Below, piece by piece: positions 52,051-64,000 of a DNA stretch of 64,000 bases. Where the stretch lies: assembly GCF_009834535.1 (NCBI RefSeq), contig NC_045697.1, positions 92,754,001 through 92,818,000 of the forward strand, in the 5' to 3' direction. The notes beneath the pieces were generated by a model. It did no database searches. It was given only the letters and a program-made list of their open reading frames with translations, and was not told the origin of the DNA. A program made the translations under genes and the position numbers. Every line of letters starts with the position of its first letter. Positions within the stretch are counted from its first letter, which is position 1. Origin of the DNA: Camelus ferus (lineage: Eukaryota).

Positions 52051-53689
52051 AAACTCAGAAGCAAGTCAGGTAGTCGATGTAATAATGGAGTGAGAAAGAC
52101 ATTGTTACTGTCTTTTGAGAAGACACTACTTTGTTGTGAATGGAAATATTTATGTTAATTTTTAAATTCTGAAATTGTGTTTTACCTTGATGTTCTTATG
52201 AATTCCCCTTCTGTAGCAAACACTTAGCTACTCCCAAGAAGATTGATACTTTGAGTAGATATAAGGATATTGTCATGCATTTGAAAATACAAAAAGAGAA
52301 CATTATATTAATAGTTTTTACAGTATCAGTGCTAGTAAATCACAGCCATGTCCACTATACAGGTTTAACTCACTAAGGATGACATTTTTATGCATCTAGG
52401 GATTGGGTGCTAGAAGATAAGTAAGTAAAATAAGCAGTAAGAAATAATTGTAGACTAGACATTGCTAAATCTCTGCCTCCTTTGGTATTTTCTAATACTG
52501 GTAACGATTCAATATGTTTATCAACGTTCTTAAACTTGGAAAAATTGTGTGTGGTGGGGGTAAAAATTCAAGGCACAACCATGGACATTCATAATTGCTG
52601 AATTGTGTATATACAGTTGGGCTACCTCCTTCCCTATTAATCAATTAATTTATGTGGTTTATGAGAGTTACTGAAGACAAGAGCAATATCATTTTCAAAG
52701 TCAAAGTCATTTAATTATTCTTAATATGTTTAATTAAGTCAAAATTTCTTACCATCTGCTAAGATATTCATTATACAACCAATCAAAGGACCCAAGATAG
52801 ATCTATGGTGTTTCTCAAATTAATTTCAAATAAAAACGATCATCACATTATTACTAACCCACCACCCAAAGTCAGCGCTATATATTTACTAGCTTAGGCT
52901 TGATCATTAAACATTAAAGCACTTTTTTTTTGTTTTCAAACATGAGAGAAAAGAAACCAAAAATCAAGGTTATTGGAAATTAATTGAAATCAGCAAGATT
53001 GGGAGCAGCTAATTATAGCAGGGAGATAGTGTACCCAGACACAGAATTTTCAAAAACAGGAGTTGAAATTACAAGTGGAGGAGGGGCAACAATAAATAGA
53101 AGCTGATGTGTGTACTTCTCATTTATTTTAGCTTCCATATTTTATTTCATGTGAGGAAGATAAAAGCAGACATCCAGGAGCTGGCCTAGCACTCAGAGCT
53201 TTTAAATGTTAGTAACTTCATAGAACATTAACATCAATTAAGAACTCACTATAACTGTGGTGAAATAAGGCAAAGTCTGTCAAATGCAGGAACAGGCAAT
53301 AAACAATTTTTTATTACAAATTACAAAAACACCACCTATACCTCTATCCCAGCTAACATGAGTGGCTGCTGCTGCTTTGCCTGTATTTTCAGTCTCATGG
53401 TAATCCTCTCCTTCTAGATAAGATTCATTAAGATGTTAAATCATGGAATTAATTCTGCTTTCTAACAGCTTTCGATAGAGGACAAAGCTTAGTTTCATTG
53501 AACCCTCCCCCAAATCATTTAAACGATCCAAATCAAATAGGATTTCCTTTTCATGCCTTCTTACTAGACACCCCCCAGTTCCCCACAGTGAGATTTGCCT
53601 AGCTGCAATGAGAGGTAGACCCATCTTGTTCAGCTACAGGCAAGGTACTAGTGGTCTTTGACAGAAGTGACTTGCCGATTGTAAAATGA

Positions 53690-54330
53690 CAGTATCACGT
53701 TTTGTTTACTTATTCTCCTCTTGATGGTTATTCAGATTAGTGCTATTTTTTATAGTAAATATCAAAGTTACAGTAAACATCATTGAACCTATTACCTTGG
53801 ACATTTGTGAGTTAATATAAAAACTTTGCTTAGAAATAAATATTGGTGGGTTGTATGTTGGAAATCCTTAACACTATGTGGTATTGACAGATTTATGTTT
53901 ATAGTGTCATTTACAATGTAAATTTACACTATCATTGTTAGGGAATTCCTGATTCTACATTTTCTCATCAATACCAAGTATATCTGATGTTTATTTTTCT
54001 CACTTTGATTTATTAGAAATGCATTTTATTTTTAAATCTTTATTTCTCTGATTACTTCTTACTTTAGAATTTTTGTATGTTATTGAGTATTTAGGTTTCA
54101 TTTTCTGTGAGATGCCTATTCATATACTTGACTGTATTTTTTCCTAATGGCTATTTATTTTTTATTATTGTAGAAATTATATATATATTCATAACACTAT
54201 GTTTTGCTTACCATTGTGTTATAATTATATTTTTTCACATCAGTGCCTTATATGTTAAAATTGTTCATAGTGTATGCTATTTTAAAAATTTTTTTTATAA
54301 TTATTATTATTTTTTAAATAAAAGTCACTT
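53690..54330 (-). mobile_element. Old L1ME-like fragment
   Basis: ctcttgatggttattcagatt, atttctctgattact, tttctgtgagatgcctattcatat. Confidence 0.7.
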
Positions 54331-55359
54331 GCTTCTCATGGGTTTTATTAAAACTTCTAGACTTCTATTTTCTGTTTAGGCATGTAAGGAGCATGTAGCT
54401 TTTCTTATGACCTCAATTCTCTAACAGATTATCTAAGCAGAGTTGTTGATTTTTAGTTTGTTTAGTTTATTATGTGTAGTTAGGTCAGAATGACAAGTTG
54501 AATGTCTCTCATGGTATGTGGGGCTGGGGGTGGGGATGTACATGCATGTGTGTTTGTGCTAAACATTTTTTCCCATAATGGAATTGGGATTTGAGATAAG
54601 TTACAATTGCTGTAATGTCAGTGAACGAGGAAGGTGCATTTAATGATGCATCATGTGGACTAATATTAATACTCTTTTTCTTGAAGATGCTGATCACCCA
54701 ACTTCTTCCTAGAATGTCTTCTTCCTTTATCAACCACTGCTCAGACACATCTAGCTGTCCCTTTTCACATTTTCATAACACTAAGCATACCTTTCTTATG
54801 GTGTTTATTCCAGTTTGATCATGACAAGAATTGTGTTTCAGTGGAAAATTGTGTGTTTTCTATTGTCCTTTCCTGAGCAAAGTTCAGAAGACTCTGGCCC
54901 TGGGCTTGGGACTAGAAGAGAGGCAGGGCTGTCTTGAATATGTTGGTGGGTGGCAAAGGGAACCAAACACAGGAAACCTTTGGGTAAAAGTGGCCTAGAG
55001 AAACGAACTGATACTAATCACCATAAACACAAAATGTGGAGCTGGTAGGAAGGCAGGAGTGCAGCAGCACATACAGAAAGGCAAGAAGCAAATCTGAACT
55101 AAAGGATATGTCAGAAGATTAGGAGGTTAGAGAGAGTAAAGTGGAAGTTACCATGTTCCCAAAGGTAAGGATACACAGACAGGCCCCCTTTAATAGACTT
55201 CCTGGTACTTGTGGCTGTTCATAAAGCTTCTTAAAGCTAAGATGGCAATCTGTGCCTTTGGGAGTGGTGTCCTGAAGGCAAAGTGTATATGCATGAAACT
55301 CTTCTCAGCTCCATGTTCAGTGACATACATTGATAGATTCAAGCTGCCACGTCAGAAGC

Positions 55360-55692
55360 TTTACACCATGGAAACTGGCCAAGTAGACTGCTCCAAATAT
55401 AATTTTCTGTGGCCCATACAGTGTTTGTTTGTTTATTTTAATAATTTGAGACATTAAAATGAGGATAGATGAAGTTAGAAAAAATAATAAGTTTCTGGCA
55501 TCTCTTAAAAGATGGTAAGATGTGACTATAATTGGCCGACATCGTGCAGTGGAAATGACAGGATGCAGCCAAGCATTAGTTGGGTCCTTTAGAATACAAA
55601 TGTGATTTCCAGCTTGTCACGGACCTTGTCTCTTTCATTTACTTTCATTAACAACCTGGCCCCTCCAAGTGGATTCATTAGGACCCTTGTCT
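55360..55692 (+). mobile_element. MER102-like hAT MITE
   Basis: tggcccatacagtgttt, tttctggcatctcttaaaagatggtaagatgtgac, cctggcccct..gacccttg. Confidence 0.7.
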
Positions 55693-58519
55693 TAAAGTCT
55701 CTTAAGAATTAAAAATCTCTCCATTGAGGTAATTGTTCCTAGCCGTGTACACTATCTCTGCTATTTTATTCTAACAGTAGATTCAGTGGTGGTTCACTAA
55801 ATAATGACAACCATAATATTAATAGTAAGTTGATGGCAATAATAAATATAATGGCATAAGTTTTCACACTTTATAATTGACGAATTTGATGATTTATTCT
55901 CATCCAATGTAGTGTTATCACTCCTTGCAGAAAATATTTTAACCATTCCTCATTGCTGTTAGGATACAAGTTTTATTGTAGATACTGAAGAAAATTAAAT
56001 TAGTTTTTAATACAGTGTGATCAAATTATATGATGATTAAAATGCCTACATAATTTGATTGACTCAAAATACAGTTAAGATTAAATATGTCTTTAGGTTA
56101 TTTCATGTCATAAATGAACATATAAATGAATGTATGTTATTTTTATAATATAACATACTATAGTTTAGATTAGAAGAGTCATTTTATTAACGATTGATAC
56201 ATTTAATTTATTTAATTAAGGTTCATATTTTCTGGGCTTTTTGTTTTGTTCCATATCTCTACTGAGAGCCCTATCTGACAATGCAAAGTAAAATAAAATA
56301 AATATTTTCAGTACAAAGTTTAAAGTTTAGGGAATAAACTTATAATAACAGGTAAATTTTTGATATTCTTTATCTGAAATATTAGTGAAACTATGACTAT
56401 TTAATAAAAACTTACTCATTTCTCAGAAAAAAGTCCAAGGGGATTACTATAGACTTTACAGCTTAATCAGCTGTTGTATGTTTTAGAACTGAAAACCGAC
56501 GCAATACTAGTCTGTTTGATACAGGCCACAACTGAAATATGGGGACAAACTTAGTTACTTGATTAAAGATGCTTAGAGTAAATGATTATGTTTAAGAGCA
56601 AACAACAACAAGATAAAAGAGAAAAAAATGGCTCATGTGGGAGAAACATGCTAAATGTTGGTATTTCTTCTTTGTTCTTAGGAATAAACTTGGAGGGCAA
56701 AGGCATGCATGCCAGAGCTAACTAAAATGATCTCTATTTTTTTAAAAAGTGTGTGTTAAGGCATGAGGTAGGCATTGCTACCAGATGGCACAAAATGGAA
56801 TGAATTTTCTTAGGAGGTAACTGATCCTCAAAACTAGTGACGCTTAGGCACAGGCTGGCCAGACTATGGCATTATAGCTATCAATTTAAGTGGTATTTTA
56901 CTATTTTTTCTTTTAAGCCAGTGAGCAGAAAAGTATAATTATTTTATATGGGTATGGATTAAAAATATTAATGGGCTAAAGAATTAAAGAGGACATGAAA
57001 ATCAAGCCTAAAGAATCAAGCAAACAATACATAAATATATTTCCACAGCTATTGTACGCAAAGAGCTAGTATTTCTCAGCATAATTTATAACCTGTACTT
57101 CTTTGTCGTAAAGGAGTAACATAGTGTTCCTTAAGTAAAAAGTTATTTTAATCACAATTAACCAGAATATGATATATTATAATAATATATTAATAAATAT
57201 TGTATATCATATGGAAAATATTCTATGTAAATAGTAAAACTTGAGATACTTGTACAATAATAATAATACATTATCTATTATTTTGACAATGTATCATTGT
57301 CAAATGTATTCAGTGTAAACTGAATATTTGTGAAAAATCTCTGTCATTCTATGACACTTTGGTGGAAGCTGACTTCTAATATTCAACTTAAATTAATTGT
57401 AGATTATATGTCAGATATTTCCAGTCAGTTTAAATGGACATCTTTCTCTAAAAAAATTTTCTCTAATACCTGGGGATTAAATGATGTACAGTGTTAATAA
57501 CATGGTCCCAAGAAAGACAGAAATGCACTACTTTATTAATACTTGCCCAAACTTTCAATTCTTTATTATCTTTTTTACTCAAATCTGAAATCTTCAAATA
57601 GAAGCGTGTTATTTCTAAATAATAAAAATATTAATCTTCCAACTAAGAATTTTACCCTTAATTAATTCAAGAAAGAAAACAAATAGAGGTTAAAAGTTTG
57701 CAAACTTCATGAATTGTGTTAAAAGTGTTTCTCACCCCAACAATGGATCTGAGTTGCCTGAACTTAGCAATTAAAAACAGACACCCTTGTGAAAAACAGT
57801 GTTTTATAATAGACGGGGTTATATTGGATTTCATGCTCCCCTGCCAACTTTACCTAAGATGTTACATGTGTAGAAATTGAAAATATCTGAGGGTAACAAA
57901 TCTGCCCCTTCATCTCCACGTCCCCTGTTGAAATGAGACTACTATTAGGAAGGGGAGAGGGAGACTACAGCACTAGGAATATATCACGGAGCCCTGACAA
58001 TTTGTTTTTAACAATATTGCCATAGGTCACAATGTAAAAAGGGGAATAAATACAAAAGAGAATAAGATGTAAGGGATAACAGAATTAATTTGCTTTGAAA
58101 TGTCCCAGAGCAGAATAGGAGATAGCATATTAAAATAGTTACATAAATGGTGAACCATAGGTTACAATTCCATTTCCTCTATGACAGTACATATGTTACA
58201 TGCTATTTTTCAAGATAGAACATATACTACAATGTAAGCAGCATCTCACTGACGTATCATCACTAATTCCTCTTCCCTTGAAGCATCTTTTTTGTTGATG
58301 GTGGAAAATGGACAACTGAAACAAAACCCACTGCATTCCACCTATGAAAAATTCACTTCAAATATCATTGTAAATATAGGGTCTTATAGGTTTAAAGGAA
58401 GCTGAAAACTGGAAGTCATGCTAACACTAATCAAAGGAAAGCTGGAACAAGACTTGTTTCTGGAAGTATATCTGGTCCCTGTTAGGCCATTTTGGCCTGA
58501 AACAAATGACAATATGCTC

Positions 58520-59110
58520 TGTTAATGTGGCTGTTGGGAAACAGGCATTCTCTTATAATGCTTGTGGAAGGGCAAACTATTGTATCTGTAAGGAGGATAC
58601 ATTAGTTTCATTATAATTACAATTTCAATATTAAAATTACAAATGGATTCACTTTTGACTCAACTGAGAAATATCTTTTGTATATACTTTTCTAAGGTCA
58701 TTAATTGCAGCATTGTAAAAGCGAAAACAATAATTACATAAAATAATCTAAAATTCCTTTCCACAAGAGAGTGTTGAAATAATTTACAGTATAACAAATA
58801 ATGTTATAACGTGCTGCTTTAATCAATGAGGAAGCTCTCTGTGCACTTATATGAAAATAGACTAAAATATATTAAGTGAGAAAGCAAGAAACAGAGGAGT
58901 GTTTATATAGTACACTACTTTGGGTATAAAAAAAGGAAGGAAAGTATATATGCATAAAATGCAAGAATTTTTAAAGATACTTTGGAATGACAGGTAAGAA
59001 ACAAATATAGTTATCTGTGGAAATTCCAGAATTGTTGGAGCACAGGAAGAAAAGTGAGAATTTTTACTGGATGATTCAATCATGCAAATGTGTTATATAA
59101 AAAAATATTC
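58520..59110 (+). mobile_element. L1ME 3' end
   Basis: gggaaacaggcattctc, cacttttgactcaa, aatgaggaagctctctgtgcac, attaagtgagaaagcaag. Confidence 0.75.
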
Positions 59111-62100
59111 CATGTAAAATTAAGCAATGACCATCAAAACATTAAAGCAATCATTCCATTCTGATGCAGAGAGACCCAGTCATATCAGTGGAGGATAGAC
59201 TGTTCTCTCTGGTTACTCAAAACCTCTTGTTTTGCCTTTTCATTCATTCTCTTGCTATTTTCATTTTTGGAAAAGTTAATTGTCTCATGTAACATAAAGA
59301 AAAATAAAAAATTTTAGTCATTTTGACCCATATAATGAAGAAGACCTGAATATTACTGCTGTATCATAAAATGTCCAGAAAATAATACAGGAAAAATGTG
59401 ATTGGAGACTTTTGAAACAATTGAAACTTCCAGACTGCACAGGCTTACCTTTATGAACAGCTGGAATTCCAAGATTCTCACACCTAGAGGTTTTTGTTTC
59501 CCCCAACATGGCTTTTTTGTTAGGAAAAATGAAATAGTTAATGTGCAAATACAGCTTTCATCAAATATGTGATGAACTGTGACTGCCTTCTGGGCATGAG
59601 CGAAATGAATTTAGTTTTAAACTTTATGGCTTTGAAATGGTTATTTTAATCATATGTAAAGTTGTTTTAAATAGAATGATTTTACCATTAACTATATTAA
59701 CATGGAGTTATGCATGATATGATTTCTCTAGTTTTAGTTGAAACATTTATGGATGCATTGTTGTATAAATTCAGGAATTATAATGACTCACGGACAATCT
59801 TGTAGCTAACAAGAAAATATAATTGTACCCTGTCTCACTTAAAAAAAGTTAATATAAAAAATGAGTGGACAATTTTCATTTCTAAAATCTACTAGTTCCC
59901 TGGACTTCAATTAAGAAAAGTAACCATGACTGGTAAATAGGCATTTTAGACTTTACTTAATTTCAATAATACAGCTTCAACACATAGAAGCAGGTATATT
60001 TAATCTCACTTAACATGCATCAAAACTGATTAAATAAAAGGGAAATAATTCAGTTATAAGTCTGTCTCATGGAAAGTGTTCAAACTGAGATATAAGTTCT
60101 GTGAAACCCTCCCCGTCACTGTTGCAGCCCTTCCTCATGACACTCAACGTTCCACATTGCTGCCATTGTGAGTGCTCAGTGATGCTGTTGATTCCATACT
60201 TGTTCTGGAGGTGGAATCATCACCACCATCCAGTTTGCCGTTTTCTGAGATTAGACAAGCTCTATTTTCTTGTACATATGTTTATGCTTTAGATCTAGAA
60301 TCACAGATAAGAAAGATATTTGCCTTGGAAAATGTTTTATCATGAATAAGTTATCCATTCCCAGCTGTATTAGTCTATTGGACAAACACTGTCCTATTAC
60401 TAAGTACTTAGTTATGAGCATGAGTGTCTTTGTCAGAAGCATTAGCAAAGATGGATGAGTGAGAGACAAAATTGCATGTAATTTTAATCGTATCATTTAA
60501 ACTTAGATTTTTAGAATCATTAAAAGTGTTGAAAAGCAAAAATTACAGTTCCTTCTGATTATTTCCACTGATTTGTGTGTTCAAGGACAATAGAATTCTC
60601 TCTTTCCAACTTTTATTGCTATCATCAAGTTGGAGCAAAAAGATAAACTTTAATGACTACTTCAGTCTGAGAGGATGTTTAATTTTTTTTTTTTTTAAGG
60701 TAACAAAACAAAATCCTGGGGCATCAGTGATTCTCTTATACATGTAAGCTATCCAGTGCCAACACAGACCAGGCATTATTATTTTTCATCCCAAGAAAAA
60801 CAGATTTATAACATCCTACCCACAGCTACAATAGAGCAGAATTTTAATTAGGCTGAATATCGTTGCAACTTGTTCAGGAAGCATAATTCACTTTGAGACA
60901 TTTACAGATGTAAGATAGCCTAAACAGAATAAGAAGTTATTCGTTATTAATAAGTAGCTAACGGTAAAAAGAAAAAAAATTCTTCAAAGTAAATGGGAGC
61001 ATAGAAATCCTCTTGAGCATATCATTGATAAAGACACAGTAGTTTAAAGCAAGTTTAAAATATGTTCACACAGACACTTAAGAATTTTCTGACAATATTA
61101 TCAGGATGATGTAACTAACCATTCCAAGGCAGAAGGGCACATGAAAGAACAGCATGGTACATGCAGAAAATCATCAGAAGAGCAAAATTCTCTTGAAATA
61201 AAGGGAAAAATAGATAAATAAGGAAGAGCTAGCCCCAGAGTAAGAGCAGAGACAATTAACCTACCATTACTAAGAAAGGGTTTTCATCGTACCCTAAGTT
61301 ATATTTTGGAGTGCATAATTATGCTAGTTGGAAATATATAGTTCTCCTAAATTGTTAATATAATAATTGTCAGATTATGTCTTTTGTGGTTTTCACAAAA
61401 TACTGACTTAGAAAATTATTTCAGGTTTGGGTTGTTTTTCTGGGTCAACTGCTGTCAGCATTTGTAGACATATAGGGTCTTCATTTGATACAAAGCACAC
61501 TATGCAGAGTATTGCTTCTGTCCAGGTGTATTATTCCTTGTCCACTCTCTCTTACATCTTATTAGACTTTCATAGATCTATTTACATTTTAAATTATCCA
61601 TTTCAGTCTTACAAAATCATATTTCAGGTTATATTTTTCATCCTGTATAATTTTAAAGGTGACAAAGTGTTCTTTGTTCCTATCCTTTTCTCTCCTACAC
61701 ATAATTATTTTCTTGGAAAATATCGGTAAATGCATTTTGCACTGCTATTCAGTATTTGGCAGTTGAAGGGATCTTCTGCCCAGTATCATATAAAGCTGAT
61801 GAATAACCCTATAACCCTTGTCTCTGTTTATTAAGGAGCATTAGGACAAAATCGGTGACTAGTTATTTTTAACGTTTTACTTCACCAGTGGGTACAGCAA
61901 GATAAAAGTTCTTAACTTCTATTAGTTGATATATTTGCATGATAAATACTGAAAATATGTCATTAAATGATCTAGATTTCAGAGGTATTAGTGTGACTTC
62001 TTCTTTCATAGAGATGTAGTGATAAATCTGCACATGGTTTTGAAAAATAATAATTGAAATGACACAATAATGAGAATTTTGGTTCTCACTATATACTCCA

Positions 62101-63319
62101 TAGATTTGAGCAGCAATAGTCATCTGTTTATACACAGGGTACTTATGAGTGAGAACATAATATCAATAAAAAAGAGAGGGTAGCAGAAATAATGTATATT
62201 TCTCTTCCTCTCCCCACCTATGGTAGAAAATGCTCAAATAAATAATTCATTGTTCTCTAAGAAGATTAATCTTAGAGAAACAACTTTAGGAAAGACAACT
62301 TACTCAGTTTGGTTTCTGGTATGCTGTGTAGGTACTTCAGTCTCTTTTTTCTTAGAAGTATGGTTTTTACCAATTTCTCAAAACCGTAACTTTCATGGGG
62401 AGTTCATTAACGGTGATCAAATATTAGAAAAATATATACAGTCATTTTGCCTGAGAATGTGTTACGGTCATTCTAGTTTACACTATCTTCAAATATTCTT
62501 TATCCACAAGTTTCACTTTAAAGTGTAATTATGGCCAGAACAGTGACGATGTAAGAACATGACATCTACAGTCTACGTTTATTCTCCAGTACTGACATCC
62601 CTACTTACTTTTTCTCAGTTTGCAAGTCAAAACAATATTTTCTTTCTGTGAAGATAGCAGTTTTAACTGTTGTATAAATATCACACTGTCTATATTTCTC
62701 ACATTTTTGTCTCTGTAGTGTTTGAATGGATGACACTTCTTTTTATGTAGTAGTGAGAAAAAGACTGAAAATCATGAGAAAGGTTTGAATAAGAGAATAT
62801 TAATTAATGGTGTTGTCCATGCTTACTATTAATAAAATAATCAAGTATTTAAACAGAAAAGTAAAATACAGGAAGAATGATCTTATTAAATAACGTTCAT
62901 TTAAGCGCCTATAATTGGTATGCACATGTTGTGCATAATGTATACTTATAAAATATAGCGATGAGTTATATAAAAGTCCATGGTCATTGTTATTTTATTT
63001 GTTATCATTTTATAAGCAATAAAGTGAGTGTTTGATATTAATTTATTGCCACTGCGAAGGCAAACTTGCTCTTCCTTGAATAGATCTATTTTTGTGTTAA
63101 ACTGTCTTTTTTTCTCCCCATCTAAAGATAATGTTATCCTCTATGCAGCAAGGAAACAATTATTTTAAGATAATTAATAAAATTAGTTATGCCAATGGCT
63201 ATCTTTTCCCCAAAATACTGTTTTCTATAAAAAATGAAATATAATTTGTTGATCCATAGAAGCCCAAACAAAAGTACTATGAATGTATAAAGTCATTGCT
63301 CCTCATTATTAAGCTTTAC

Positions 63320-63555
63320 AAGGAAGGTTGGAGGATATGGACTCTGGAGGCAGACTACGTACTTTCAAATGTGGCCATGCCATGTACTTACTGTGTGATC
63401 TTAGCAGATGACCTTACTTTAATCAGCTTCTTTCCTCAACTCTAAAATAAAGAGATTATCATAATATAACTCCATAGGATTGTTGTGAAAACTTAGTGAG
63501 AAGTACTTAGGGCTGTACCTAGTACATGGTGTTATACAAATGTTGACAACTTTCA
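63320..63555 (+). mobile_element. MIR
   Basis: tggactctggaggcagac..cttactgtgtgatctta..ataggattgttgtgaaa..gtacctagtacatggt. Confidence 0.8.
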
Positions 63556-63574
63556 AGCTATATATGTGTCAAGT

Positions 63575-63706
63575 ATATATGTGTCATGAGGCTAATGCTG
63601 TGGTGGTAATCACTTTGTGATATATATGTATCAAATGAACACATTGTACACCTTCAGCTTACACAATGTCATATGTCAATTATATCTCAATAAAACTGGA
63701 GAAAAG
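63575..63706 (+). mobile_element. L1MA/MB-type extreme 3' end
   Basis: cattgtacaccttcagcttacacaatgtcatatgtcaattatatctcaataaaactggagaaaa. Confidence 0.85.
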
Positions 63707-64000
63707 CACACAGAAATAAGCGTTGTCTAATATTAAAATGCAAGGGAGTGACCTTTTAGTTTTAATTATATATTTTGTTTATATTCATAGTGTGTTAGTT
63801 ATTTGATCTTCAAGTCCTCTCCAACTGTGTTTTATTTTGTTTAAGGAAGAGGTAATCAATTCAATTATAGTTGATTTTATTTTGAAGAACAAAGTCAAAA
63901 TGATAGATTGGAAAAAAATAGGATCAAGCAGATTACATAAACTATAAAACAAAACATATTTTCTACATCATAGGATATAATTGACAGAGTCTGATTTTCC

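Overview
AT-rich, CpG-depleted mammalian genomic DNA, most likely camelid: it carries a tRNA-derived vic-1-type SINE at ~47.3 kb, a Tigger1-derived MITE and a young lineage-specific L1 3' end. It is not prokaryotic, and I see no CRISPR array, rRNA, operon or CpG island. A large fraction is interspersed repeat: old L1M fragments, L2, MIR, MaLR/ERVL LTRs, hAT and Tigger MITEs, several solo LTRs and an ERV1-class pol remnant. Almost all ORF-track entries are spurious. The main unexplained signal is a cluster of phase-compatible, GT-AG-flanked, coding-like exons on the + strand at ~19.98-29.36 kb that the ORF track misses. It reads either as a decayed multi-exon gene (premature stops plus one frameshift) or as an intact 104-aa three-exon ORF; I cannot name the gene. 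Other notable items are a polyadenylated, TSD-flanked LTR-like fragment apparently retrocopied by L1 into a MIR, several nested insertions, and a perfect 24-bp palindrome between direct repeats. Repeat family names come from my recollection of consensus sequences, and boundaries without TSDs are approximate.
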